Assembly: GCA_964016885.1 (NCBI GenBank)
Contig: OZ024750.1
Span: forward strand, 13,888,001-13,952,000
Length of the DNA stretch: 64,000 nt
From: Eledone cirrhosa
Lineage: Eukaryota
Direction: 5' to 3'
Shown here: positions 1 through 12,887 of the stretch, in pieces
Layout of the letters: each line of letters starts with the position of its first letter
Position numbering within the stretch: position 1 is the first letter of the stretch
Translations under genes and position numbers: made by a program
The notes under the pieces: generated by a model
The model's database searches: none
Told to the model about the DNA's origin: nothing
What the model saw: only the letters and a program-made list of their open reading frames with translations

Positions 1-149
1 TTTCAAATCTCATCACGGTCAGTTTTGTCTTTCATTCTTCCAGAACCAATAAAACAAAGTACCAATGAAGTAGTGCGGTTGATTTAATCAACTTTGCCCG
101 TCTAAATCAAAAATGATAAGGTGCATTAAAATCTAAAAATAATACTTAC

Positions 150-502
150 CAAAGATAAAGGCCTTTCCATAGATGGAATGTGCATGTTCATTAAAAATCG
201 ATTGCATAATATAGATCCTGAAACATCATTCAACGTAGAAATGCCGTTTCTAATATCTAATATACTTCTATCAGTCATCAGTGAAGCAGATCTTGATGGT
301 TGCTGACAATTTGATTTTTGCTCTCTCTTTTCAGGTGACACATCCAAAGTTTCTTCAGTAGAAATGTTTTCGAGCAAGCTATCAAATTTTTCATCCATAA
401 TATTAGACACATCTGAAGTGATATTAAATATAATTTGATAAAATGACATAAAACTTTAATAAATGACTAAGTTTCAGAAAACTGATGTACACACACACAC
501 AC

Positions 503-550
<48 letters not shown>

Positions 551-3500
551 AACGAGTAGGACCCCGACGGCTGAGCTCAAGCCGTTTCGACGGCTAATTC
601 TGTCCAGAATTAGCCGTCGAAACGGCTTGAGCTCAGCCGTCGGGTCCTACTCGTTCCTATTACCCACTCTACTACCCTAAGTATTGAGTACTTTGGTGCG
701 TTATGGTCCACCTGGTTCCTTACCACATTTCCTTCGTTATATATATATATATATATATATGTTAGTATCACAAAACATCCAGCTCACACTGTAAAGTGGT
801 CTTGTAGGTGTCACGACAAAAAGCATGCAGCCTACACTGCAAAGTGGTCAGGTAAAAGACACAGCAAAAAGCACCCAGCACACACTGTAAATGTAGGTGT
901 AGTCATATTCACCACGCTTGGCCAATTGCGGGTTGGTGAGGCTATTTAACCTATAGTTGGGGTGGATGTATAGACCCGTAACTCTTGATAGAGTGAAGGG
1001 ATAAGGATGCTGTAGTGACAGAGTGTGTCTTAGTCATTTTAAACTCGATGGATTCCTTCCAGAGGGTGTGAGAGAGAGAAAGTGAGAAAGAAATATAGAA
1101 GAATCGACTCCTCTACTGGAATAGTACGTTTTTTTTTATCGACCTCAAAAGGTTGAAAGGCAAAACTGATCTGAGTCGAAACGAATACCACAAAGCATTC
1201 TATCCAACATTCTAATAACTCTGCCAATTATATTACTGATTTTCTAACAATATCCATCAAATACAAACTTACCAGCATCGTCAAAATCAAAGCCGACATC
1301 AATTTTGTTTGATACATTGTTTCCATCATTGTATTTAGCTCCACTTGTATCAGTTTTAACAGCTTTATCTGGCCGTATACAGTTCTCACCCATCAAACTG
1401 TCCTTATTCATGGTAACCAAGTTACTCCTACAAACACTTTCATGTAATTTTGAATTAATTGTTTCAGAATAGGCTTGTCTTCTAGAAAATGAATTTGAAA
1501 TATTGAAAGAAAAATCATTTTCTTTTTTTCGATTACTTATAGATGAGTATTGAGGTCGATGGTATTTATTAGACACATCTGTATTATCAATTTTCAGATC
1601 ACTATCAGTAAAACTAAAACTATTTTTCATTTCACCTTTCTTAACAGTTTCTATTACATTGCCAATATTAAAGAGTTTATTTTGCAGTTTTGTCAATGGA
1701 TTATTTGTCTTAATTAACTTGGGTTTTTCAGTTTCTGTTTTGTTATCCTCTATGCCATTTTCTGATAACTTCTCTGCCTGAACACAAGATGCTGTTGTTT
1801 GATATGCATCACTTCTAATTACACTTTCTTCGTGGTAATTTCTTTCGTATGGAATCTGTACTGAAGGTGGTATTATTTCCTCATTCGTGTGAGCAAAATT
1901 TTCCTTAGTCATTTCTGGGCAATCAGACCTAAGATGTGATATAGATTCTTCTGTCTCTACAGAATCCAAATGTGAAGTAGAACTCTTAGATATTTCTTTC
2001 ATTTTTTCTCCAAGCATTTCATCTCTGCTTATTGTTTCCTTTTCATTTGTAACTCCTATTGAGCTGGGTTTTTCTAAAGCTTCTTTTTCTTTTTCACAAT
2101 TTCCAGATGATTTTGACAACTCAGAATTACTGTTATTTGGAAAGGATGCAGGTTGTTTATCAGACAATTCCAGATATCCCATGGGCCTTTCTTTTATTTT
2201 GGTCTTTAAAATATCTTTATTTGCATCTGTTTCATTTAAATTAGTATCAGAATTTTTCAGGTTTTCATAGTTAACGTTGTCCCGAGCAGGTGACTGATCT
2301 AAGGGACAAGACAAACATGAATTTGTCATTTGAAATTCAGAAATGTTATCGTTTTTTGTTGGCAACTCATTTCTACTTTCATTTTGGGAGGAATTTGTGC
2401 CAGACAAGTTTGATAACTTACCAGTCTGTGGTAAAGGAACAACTTCAGTAGAATTAAGCAAGGGATTTGACAGTGTCTTAGTAGTAGTCGTACTAACATC
2501 AGATGGATTTGAAACTCTTGAGGTGGATGTAAATTTTGTTGGGGTAAACTCAGCTAAATCTAATTCTACACATCCAATCTCATTAAATTTTACAGGTATG
2601 TTTTCTTTGTCAATCATATTCTGTGAATGAACATTAGAAGGTTGATGAAAAAGCTTATCAAAAGATGGCAGTTTGTCTGTTGGTAATTGTGAAGAGTTAA
2701 TTGTTGGCTCTTTAGCTGGTTTATTAAAATTATCAGCTTTATTAAACGCTGTGCAATCAGCTATATCTTTACTATTTACAACTGACTTGCTAGATTGAGT
2801 TTGGTTTAATTCTTCTAAAACTGAATGAGAGGAATTAACAATGATCTTCTGAAGGCAAGACATAGAAGAATCTCTCAAAAGAGACTTTGAAGTTGAACCA
2901 ACCGTATCTTTTAAAACAGTCCTTCCTATTTCAACAGACTCTCTTGTTTTCACACCTCCAATCTCATTAAATTCTCCTGGTATATTTTCTTTATCAATCA
3001 AATTCTTTGAATGAACATTAGAAGGTTGATTAATAATCTTTTCTGTAAGAACTGGCTTCTCTGGAACTGCATCAGTGATAGCCATCGATTGTGAAGAATT
3101 CTCGAAATTAGTTTTCTTTGAAATTGGTCCTGTGGAATTATTCAAATTATTATCAACAGAACAAATGAGATCCGATAGCTTTAAAGTAGAATTAAGACCT
3201 TTCTCATTTGGCTGTCTGAGTTTATTAAAACCAGAAAGATTGTCTTTCTTATTAGCTAGGTCTACCATATCATTTGCATTTGCTTTCTTTGAAGGTATTT
3301 CAGAGGTTTCAGAAAAACATGTTCTCTTTGATCCTGTCTTAAAATGTTGTTCTTGATTATCCAGATCAGTTTTTTCTACTCTGGACATAGACACATCAGT
3401 AATACTGGGTCTAAAGTCAGTCATTGAAACAAGATCATCTTTTAAAATATTCCTTTCTTTGAAATTAATAGGATGCTTCATTTCAACAGACTCACTTATT

Positions 3501-6500
3501 TTTCCACTTCCAATCTCCTTAAATTCTGCAGGTATGTTTTCTTTATCAATCATATTCTTTGAATGAACATTAGGAGGTTGATAAAAAATCTTATCAAAAG
3601 ATGGCAGTTTGTTTGTTGGTAATTGTGAAGAGTTAATTGTTGGCTCTTTAGCTGGTTTACTAAAATTATCAGCATTATTAAACTTTACAACCGACTTGTT
3701 CGACTGGATTTGGCTCAATTCCTCTGAAACAGACTGAGACGGGTCAGCAAGGATCTTTTGAGAACAAGACATAGAAGAATGTTTCATATGAGAATTTAAA
3801 GATTCTGTAAGAACTTGCTTCTCGGGAACTACATCAGTGATAGTCATTGATTGTGAAGGACTCTTGATATTAGTTTTCTTTAAAATAGGTCCATTAGAAT
3901 TATTCAAAACATTATCACCAGAAGGGAGTAAATCCGATAGCTTTAAAGTAGAATTAAGACCTTTCTCATTTGGCTGTCTGAGTTTATTAAAACCAGAAAG
4001 ATTGTCTTTCTTAATAGCTGGGTCAACCATATCATTTGCTTTCTTTGAAGACATTTCTTTGAAATTAATAGGATGGTTCATTTCAACAGACTTTCTTGTT
4101 TTTCCACTTCCAATCTCATTAAATTCTGCAGGTATGTTTTCTTTATCAATCATATTCTGTGAATGAACATTAGAAGGTTGATGAAAAAGCTTATCAACAG
4201 ATGGCAGTTTGTCTGTTGGTAATTGTGAAGAGTTAATTGTTGGCTCTTTAGCTAGTTTACTAAAATTATCAGCTTTATTAAACGCTGTGCAATCAGCTAT
4301 ATCTTTACTATTTACAACTGACTTGCTAGATTGAGTTTGGTTGAATTCTTCTGAAACTGAATGAGAGGAATCAATAATGATCTTCTGAAGACAAGACATA
4401 GAAGAATCTCTCAAAAGAGACTTTGAAGTTGAACCAACCGTATCTTTTAAAACAGTCCTTTCTATTTCAACAGACTCTCTTGTTTTCACACCTCCAATCT
4501 CATTAAATTCTCCTGGTATATTTTCTTTATCAATCAAATTCTTTGAATGAACATTAGAAGGTTGATTAATAATCTTTTCTGTAAGAACTGGCTTCTCTGG
4601 AACTGCATCAGTGATAGCCATCAATTGTGAAGAATTCTCGAAATTAGTTTTCTTTGAAATTGGTCCAGTGGAATTATTCAAATTATTATCAACAGAACAA
4701 ATGAAATCCGATAGCTTTAAAGTAGAATTAAGACCTTTCTCATTTGGCTGTCTGAGTTTATTAAAACCAGAAAGATTGTCTTTCTTAATAGCTGGGTCAA
4801 CCATATCATTTGCTTTCTTTGAAGACATTTCTTTGAAATTAATAGGATGGTTCATTTCAACAGACTTTCTTGTTTTTCCACTTCCAATCTCATTAAATTC
4901 TGCAGGTATGTTTTCTTTATCAATCATATTCTGTGAATGAACATTAGAAGGTTGATTAATAATCTTTTCTGTAAGAACTGGCTTCTCTGGAACTACATCA
5001 GTGATAGCCATCAATTGTGAAGAATTCTCGAAATTAGTTTTCTTTGAAATTGGTCCAGTGGAATTATTCAAATTATTATCAACAGAACAAATGAAATCCG
5101 ATAGCTTTAAAGTAGAATTAAGACCTTTCTCATTTGGCTGTCTGAGTTTATTAAAAACAGTAAGATTGTCTTTCTTATTAGCTAGGTCTACCATATCATT
5201 TGTATTTGCTTTCTTTGAAGGTATTTCAGAGGTTTCAGAAAAACATGTTCTCTTTGATCCTGTCTTAAAATGTTGTTCTTGATTATCCAGATCAGTTTTT
5301 TCTACTCTGGACATAGACACATCAGTAATACTGGGTCTAAAATCAGTCATTGAAACAAGATCATCTTTTGAATTACTATTTCCTCTCAAATTACTAAATT
5401 GCTTCTCATTTAAACCACATGGTATATTTTCTTTATCTGTTATATTCTTTGAAACAACATTAGAAGGCTGACTAATGGACATACTAGAAGAGGGCAGCAT
5501 ACAATTTTCTGCTGGAAATTTTAATGGGTGTGTTGTAAACTCTTTTGCTTGTTTACAAAAGCTTTCATCTTCATGAAATTGCTTGTTTTCACAAAAATTC
5601 TGAATATTCTCAACACCCTTCTTGTTGATGTTTTCAACTGGTGTTTCACTATCAAGAATTTGAGAAAACGTAGTGTTACAGCAGGTCATATCCATATTAC
5701 AACCTGCAATATGAGTTCGATTAAAATTAATAGTTTTTTGACCAAAGCTATTCTCTTCATTGTAATCAGTAAATGTATGATTTTCAGGACTATTGGTAAT
5801 AACAACAGCCTTGCCCTCATTGCATACTTTAAGGTCTTTCCCCAGGGGTTTTGTTAAGTCCATAGAATCATTTCTATCAAAGTAAAATGTGTGATTTCCT
5901 TGAAACAAAGAAATGTTCAATGGAGAATTGTTTTCTTGTAGCTCATTCGATTTCTGAACAATTTTGTCATATTCTGTATGGGTATTAATATAATTATGAA
6001 AAAATAGTTCTGTGCTCATAGAAGGTTGATAATTAAAATCACTTGGGAATAAGCTTTTTTCTGAAGATAAAGGAATATTTGCCATAACTTTCTCAAGAAA
6101 TGTTGGAACTTCTTCTTCGACAGAGTCAACATGAGGCACTTCAGAATTAATTGTGCAAACATTGGTGTTTTCCTTATTTTCTATAGTCTGAGAAATAGTC
6201 ATTGATCTGGAGACTGATGTTTGAACTCTAATAATTAAAAAAAAGATTAAACAATAAGTACAAATTATTCTTTAGAGATTATAATTTAAAATTCATAAAA
6301 CAACAAAATTTTTAAGGCAATTTTCCTTGCTAAAGCAAAGATTAATGTTGCAGCTAAACCTCATACTCATCATGGGGTCGTCTCTGAGGTGATGTTTTAC
6401 AGATGGGTGCTCTTCCTGGCACTATATTTTTTAACTGTCTCTTACGACGTGGGGATACAGTGTAAATACTGGGACACAAATATTCCTTTCAAATTTCCCC

Positions 6501-9500
6501 AGATTTATAACATTTGAAACATGAAATACACATAATAATCATCATAGTAAGGCAATAATTTTAAATCTAAGCAATAGAAAAAGAATTATCAAATTGAAAA
6601 AAATTGAAAAGTTTTGGTCATTATTTATCAATTAAAGTGAGAAAAATATTTCCACTTTTTCCACTATTAAGTAAAAATATTTTATAATTTATAAATTGAT
6701 TTAATATGTGCAGAATAATTTATATAAGTTTAACTGCTATAAAAAATATAAATGTAAATATATTATACTAACTCATTAGCTAACACCATAATGCTGCGGT
6801 TTAAAGGGTCGACTGCCACACCTATTTCATCTTCACTCTCAGGATCAGAAATATTCTAAATTGAAAATATAAGAATGAATATATGTGAAAGCATGTTAAC
6901 AATATTTCTTATTACAACTCATCTAACCCATGCTAGCATGGAAAAATAATGATGACAATAATGTATAACTAATCAATATAAAACATAAAAAACTAAACTA
7001 TCAGTAGAAATCTAATAGCGAAACATTACATACCTCCACATCATGGTCAGTGTTTTTAATTTCACCTGTCAAGAGAGACTCGATCTCTAGAAGTAAACAA
7101 ATTAACATTCAATAGCTTATTTTTCTCTCTTTGTAAAAATTATTAGTTTATTATAAAGTTACAGAAGAAATTCCTGAAGACACATAAAAGGCAGAAATTA
7201 ATCCAAGAAGGATTTAAACATTTGTGTATGTGGACACCATAAGAGACATCATGGAAGTCAATAAGGTGTTACGAGGATTGAAGGATTTAACTTCTTTAGT
7301 GCCATAGACAAGATAACTCGCCCTAACATGTATGCATTCCAGTACCACAGATGAGATAACTTGTCCTAACATGTTTGAACTCTTTTCCAACATTTCATAA
7401 CTTCAAAGTTATGAACTCATTTCCAACAGCTCATAATTCAAAAGCTAAATGGGGTTAATAGTTATTAATGTGACGTTTGTCAATCAAAATAGTCATTTTA
7501 CTAAAAAAACAACCGGCACAGCAACTATTAAAGTAAGCATGGTAGAAAGTACAGCATTTAGTTATATGGAATAAAGAGTACTGAAACTAAACAGAGTACA
7601 ATAGTTAACTACAAGAGTCGGCAGAAAAGTTCAGAGGTTAACCAAGTTACTCTCATGGAATGACCAAATGAGGTTTATTTTTCAACATAGGGTCTGGAAA
7701 GAAATGCATGCATTTATTAATAAGGAGAGTTGAAATTAATGCATGCAAGATTTCACAGCTCTAGCATCAATCCTTCAAAGCCAGCCCATGAACTTTTCAG
7801 CCGACTCTTGAACATATTTGAAAAAAAGAAGAAAAAAAAACAATATTGATAAAATATTAAGAGATGAAAAGAAAATCTTACCAGATAGCTTGTTAGAATC
7901 AGACATCTTGTTCCTAGAAGAACAAAGTTCATAATTAGATGTTAACAAAATAGCATTCAATTAAATTTTAATGCATAATTTCTTTTCTTAACAAATCTTA
8001 AAAATTATTTATTGAACAGACTTTCAACTTATTAAAAAAATTAATTTTTATAATTGCTAACTGCAATTGCTTCTACATGATTGCACTTTCGTATTTTGAG
8101 GAAAAAAGAATTTTAGTATATTTCTTCATAAATTTATTAAAAATTATTTCAGTTTTCTCAGAAATTCATCTGTGAGATAGGCCAAGTCATACAGAACTGA
8201 TTTTGGCTTGGTAGAACTATTAATGTTTAATTAATCTTCCTTGTTTTACTTACGAGTTTTCAGCTGCTTTTTTATCACCTGAATCACCTGAATTTAAAAA
8301 AAAAATGGAAAATATTACAAAAATAAACTCAACTAATATTTCATAATTAAATTAAATTCAATTAACAGTTTTGTATCATAGAACCAGAGGCTGTTTCAGA
8401 TAGTTTGGAACATAAAAGGTTCTTACATAAATACACTTTGAATTACACATATCTTACACTTTGTTAGTGAAATTCTTTTGTGGGAGCCTACACAAAGAAG
8501 AGCTAGCAGAAGAGGACAAGCCAAGACCTATATTAAGCAGATTTGTGACAACATAACTGCAATCCCTCTGACCTGCTAAATATGATGAACAATAGAATTG
8601 GATGGTGATTGAGTCAAGGGAATCTATGCAAGCAGTGTAACATATTGATTGATTGAAAATAAACAGCTTAATATTGTAGAACCAGTGGTGGTTTAACATG
8701 GTTTGGTATCAAAAGGGTTTATGTTAATGAAAATATATCTTAATTCTAAAAGTCAAGATAAAATATGAAAATATATGCAACACTTACCATTGTTATTATA
8801 AGACAGGGACACTTCATGAAACTCCCTAAAAAGATATTAAAATAAATTTCAGTATATATGTGTGGGCTGTGTAAAGTGTATTGTGCATGTTCTTTTGTTG
8901 ATTCATTCCATTTAAGATTCAAAAGCTGCTAGTTAAGCTCTACATGAAACCAGTACTATTTGTACAAGCTGTTTATTTAACTCATTCTGAAAAGTGTAGT
9001 GATGTAAGTGAAGTGAATTTGTTGCAATTATTCCTGTAAACTTGGTTGCAAACTTAATTTGCTCGAGTCTACTGTTATATATGTGGACGCAGCGAATTGG
9101 CAGTCATTAAAACATTGGATAAAATGCTTTACAGTATCTGTTTCGGCTCTCTGAGTTCAAATCCTGCTGAGATCAACTTTGACTTTCATCCATTCGAGAT
9201 CAATAAAAAAAAAAAGTACCAGTCAAGTACTGGGGTCGATTCTTCCTCTATACTTTTTTCTCACTTCCATTCTCTCAATCTCAAGACGTTAAAGAGAGTC
9301 ATTGAGGAAGATACAGAACTATCTGGTGAAGAACAGTGGCAGTTAATGTTTGACAGTGTGAGATGGAAAGGTTTTATCATGTCACCACAAAGAAGTGGAT
9401 GAAAGTAGTAGTAGTGGCAGTAGTAATAGTAGCAGTAGTAGTAGTAGTGGCAGTAGAGAAAAGGAAGGAGTAAAACATTGTAAAAGAAAAAAAGAAAATG

Positions 9501-12500
9501 AAATGAATATGGGAGTTAATTTTATTAATACTCACTTGACTTCTGCATAATTTGCAAAACTAACGCGCTTCGATAAACGTCTTGATTTTTTTTCTGGTTT
9601 TTCTTCAACCTGTGGATGAATATATCAATCATGGATTAAAGAAAAGAAATTGCGATCATCATCATCATCATCATAATAATAATTAGGTTATGGGTGCCAT
9701 AATAAAGTCACCTAGAACAAAATGTGAAGTGGTTGGCATTAGGAAGGGCATAAATAGAACATATGAGCGAGATAGTCATATAAAGTGTCTAGTCTTAGAA
9801 TAAGATGTAAAATGATGATGTTTAAATCTATTTTGCAGGACACTGTTGTAGCAGAGACAAATAACAAGAACATATCTGTGAAGTGAAACCAACTGCAATA
9901 AATTATTTTTCATTTATATCCTTCTCATTACAAAAATACAGTTAAGTAAAATATAGAAACTATGTATCTCTGGCAATCACACACTTTTGGTGGCTTAACT
10001 CTTAACATCCTGTACCACATCAACTGACATTAGTAAGGCATTCTTGAAACATACAAAACAGCACTATGACTACATCACATTAAAAAAATAATAAAAATCT
10101 TTCATCGTACAAATTTTCACAGTGATCTGTCCTCTAGTAAAGATAATATAAACATTTAAATTAGCAAACCTGTTTTTAGAGATTTTTTTGCTAATTCATT
10201 ACAGGGTTTAAAGACAAAAAAAGGAAACCACTGAAAATTTTGACTTTTGGTATGTGTGGAGTTATGGATGGTATGGCAGAGGAGCAACATCACATAAACG
10301 GAAGGGGACTAGTAGAGGATCTTTTTCTTGGTTGGTTACCATAGTGAGTTGACATATCCCTATGAGCTCTGACATATCTTTATGAGACTTGAGAATTTTT
10401 TGCCAAAGTTTTGGTTGGGTAGGGTTAGCAGATTACATTACTAGATAAGAGCAATGTTTAGGGCAGGTCTGGCCTACATCCCATCCACAACTTATCTTCA
10501 CGATGCAGAACTTTACACTAAGTAAACTTCGTAATGTTTTGTGCTTAGCTTCTTGATACTGTTTTGTGCTAAACACTTTACTTTTCTCTCTAAATATGTA
10601 AACTGATACAAAACTATTGTACCATCATATCATCCAACTGAAGTCATACTCCAGCCACAGAATTGTTCAGTGATTTTTAAAGTAGAATGTCTCATCCAAG
10701 CACAGATGTATATACATAAATATAAGAGTGTGTATTTGTTTTAAAACCATACCTGCTTGTTTGCATCTATTAGACTGAGAGGCATTTTCAAAATCTGAAA
10801 AGGTGAAAAAAAAAATAAGACAACCACTTAAAAGATCAATATTTCATCAACCCACCTGAAACTTCCCCTGATTCTATGATACAAAGTTATTTGTTTTAAA
10901 ATATTTATCTAGAAACCTTCCATGATCATTTTATGTAAAAACCTTTAACTCTTTAACATTTACATTATATTTACTGTTGTATTTTCATGGTAAACACTTT
11001 ATTTCACATAATTATCTCACATGATATTTATTTTGAGAACGATACCTTAACATAATTATGAGCAGCTGGTTACGGCTGGTTTGAACAGAAAGAGGTGAGA
11101 GAATTCTAGCTGAATTCAGCCAGTTTAAATGTTAAAGGGTTAAGTTACAATACAAACAACAAATGAATAACGAGAAAGTTTGTTATTGTGGGATTTGGAC
11201 TTGAAACAGTTGAGTTAAAACTAGATATACTAAAGTATCTAGATTGACAGACATCTTATTGTTATCATTGCCTTAACAAACATATATAATAGTAAAACAT
11301 TTTATGGGTAAAGCCAACTGGCAAGAGACCCAGAGGTAGACCACAAGCAAAATGGTTGGATAATATCCAAGAGCTTGATTGGTCTTCCTTGGAGATACAG
11401 CCAGATCAATTGGAGATGGTTGCTTCTGACTGGACCCGCTGGAAGGGTTTGAGGATCCACCCACACACACACACAACTTCCCAGGAATAAGTGGGAGAAG
11501 AAAAAAAGGGGGAAAAGAGAAAAACTCACCGATGATCTCCTACGAGATTTGCGACATCTGATAGGAAAGAAAAGAGTAAATTTGTTTCAATTATTTCCAG
11601 TTAATATATAATAAATATTACAAGAACCTGACAACTGTAGTGCAGGCACCATGATAAAATGCTCCCAGTACACTCTGTAAAGTGACTGGCGTTATGAAGG
11701 GCATAACACCAGTGATGAGCTGTGTGGTTGGAGGAAGGTACAAACCAGACCAACTGAAGGTGAGAGATGAGTGAGCTGTGTGGTTGGAGGAAGGTACAAA
11801 CCAGACTTACCGAAGGTGAGAGATGAGTGAGCTGTGTGGTTGGAGGAAGGTACAAACCAGACCTACTGAAGGTGAGAGATGAGTGAGCTGTGTGGTTGGA
11901 GGAAGGTACAAACCAGACCTACTGAAGGTGAGAGATGAGTGAGCTGTGTGGTTGGAGGAAGGTACAAACCAGACCTACTGAAGGTGAGAGATGAGTTAGC
12001 TGTGTGGTTGGAAGAAGGTACAAACCAGACTTACTGAATGTGAGAGATGAGTGAACTGTGTGGTTGGAGGAAGGTACAAACCAGACTTACTGAAGGTGAG
12101 AGATGAGTGAGCTGTGTGATACTAGAAACCATGCCAAAAATGGAATGTAATGAGCAAGATGAAGTCAGTCTGACACATCCAACACATGCCAGCATAGAAA
12201 GCAGATGTAAAATGACGACAATGAACTCCACCATGATATTAACAATTTAGTGGATTGAAATATTAAGAGTTAAGTGTGTTTCTGTTTCTCCATGGACACA
12301 GCAGGAATGGCAATAAACGAAACAGTGGCTCATTAGACAGGTACCTCAGGTAATTTATTAAATATCAAGTTATGATAAAATTTAGAAATATTCTCTCATG
12401 GTACTCACTACAATCTCTATCTTAACCCTTTAGCATTTACATTACTCTATTATATTTTCATGGTAAAGACTTTATCTCACACAATTTGGTATCTATGAGA

Positions 12501-12887
12501 TTTTGATATTTATTTTGAGAGCAATACCTTAATGTCAGTATGAGTGGCTGGATATGGCCAGTTTAACATCAGTATGAGTAGCTGGTTATAGCCGGTTTAA
12601 CAGGAAGAGGTGAGAGAATTCTGGCTAGATATGGCCAGTTTAATGTCAGTATGAGTAGCTGGTTATGGCTGGTTTGAACAGAAAGAGGTGAGGGAACACT
12701 GGCCAGATATGGCCGGTTTAAATACTAAAGGGTTGAGTTAATAAAATCTAATGACATTATCAAATATTTTCTCATGGTACTTCACTGCAATCTTTGTCTT
12801 AATAAAATATGACATAATATCAAAGTTAAAACTAGAAATAGAAAACTAAAACAATACTTACCCAACATTCTCCTCTTCCCCTACCAT
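150..12887 (-). CDS. KNL1: KNL1/Spc105/CASC5-like kinetochore scaffold, multi-exon, 3' part continues beyond the left edge of the window
   Basis: Hand-spliced coding exons with GT-AG sites and consistent phase: 12887-12862, 11557-11530, 10794-10753, 9609-9536, 8825-8788, 8287-8254, 7913-7882, 7086-7034, 6855-6773, 6227-1273, 412-150 (5628 nt, 1876 codons). The N-terminus reads MVGEEENVGCRKSRRRSSILKMPLSLIDANKQVEEKPEKKSRRLSKRVSFANYAEVKEF, containing the SILK and RVSF PP1-docking motifs. These are followed by EIESLLTGEI and MELT-like motifs (DSMDLT, NMDMT) in a very large low-complexity exon. This layout is diagnostic of KNL1. Confidence 0.9.
546..660. repeat. Near-perfect 115-bp palindrome with a half hammerhead-like motif, embedded in (TA)n
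   Basis: Arms 546-602 and 605-660 are reverse complements apart from one bulge, with a 2-nt loop. Contains GAAACGGC-ttgagctca-GCCGTC (619-641). Confidence 0.85.
1101..1229 (-). mobile_element. tRNA-derived SINE copy (octopus-type family 1), degenerate
   Basis: Reverse complement of the family core ...tttgcctttcaacc..gaggtcgataaaa.. that recurs across the window. Confidence 0.65.
1273..6227 (-). CDS. KNL1: Giant (4955 nt) repeat-containing exon of KNL1
   Basis: Covers the 1652-aa ORF 1244..6202. Acceptor ttattag at 6228-6229 and donor G|gtaagt at 1272. Ser/Asn/Lys-rich, with MELT-like motifs and internal near-identical duplications. Confidence 0.9.
2570..5470 (-). repeat. Coding modular duplications inside the KNL1 large exon
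   Basis: Near-identical blocks recur at offsets of 390, 774, 1536 and 1926 nt, all multiples of 3. This is visible as the repeated antisense ORFs at 3075, 3837, 4611 and 5001. Confidence 0.9.
9086..9250 (+). mobile_element. tRNA-derived SINE copy (family 1)
   Basis: gaattggcag...ctgagttcaaatcc (B-box-like), followed by aactttgactttcatcc...taccagtcaagtactggggtcgat. Confidence 0.75.
10946..11143 (+). mobile_element. TTAA-flanked MITE (piggyBac-type)
   Basis: ttaactctttaacattta...taaatgttaaagggttaa; internal sequence matches the copies at 33929, 53530 and 63487. Confidence 0.75.
11717..12118. repeat. 56-bp minisatellite, about 7 copies
   Basis: Unit gagctgtgtggttggaggaaggtacaaaccagacctactgaaggtgagagatgagt, repeated head to tail with few substitutions. 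It sits within a SINE-like sequence in a KNL1 intron. Confidence 0.95.
12422..12735 (+). mobile_element. TTAA-type MITE with internal tandem duplication
   Basis: ttaaccctttagcatttac...taaatactaaagggtt; the inner cagtatgagtagctggtta segment is triplicated. Confidence 0.75.

Noticed and set aside
3075-5282. Repeated plus-strand ORFs (MIAIDCEEF...) as a small gene family
   Set aside because: They are antisense shadows of the duplicated KNL1 coding modules, with non-ATG starts and no independent signals.
1244-6202. The 1652-aa ORF as a stand-alone single-exon gene
   Set aside because: It has splice sites at both ends and joins in phase to the upstream SILK/RVSF exons and the downstream exon. 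The last residues (GKFVFDGYC) are intron read-through.
11717-12118. Tandem hammerhead satellite (ctgaagg...caaaccagac)
   Set aside because: The boxes do not match (CAAA rather than GAAA, GAC rather than GUH), and no stems can be paired.
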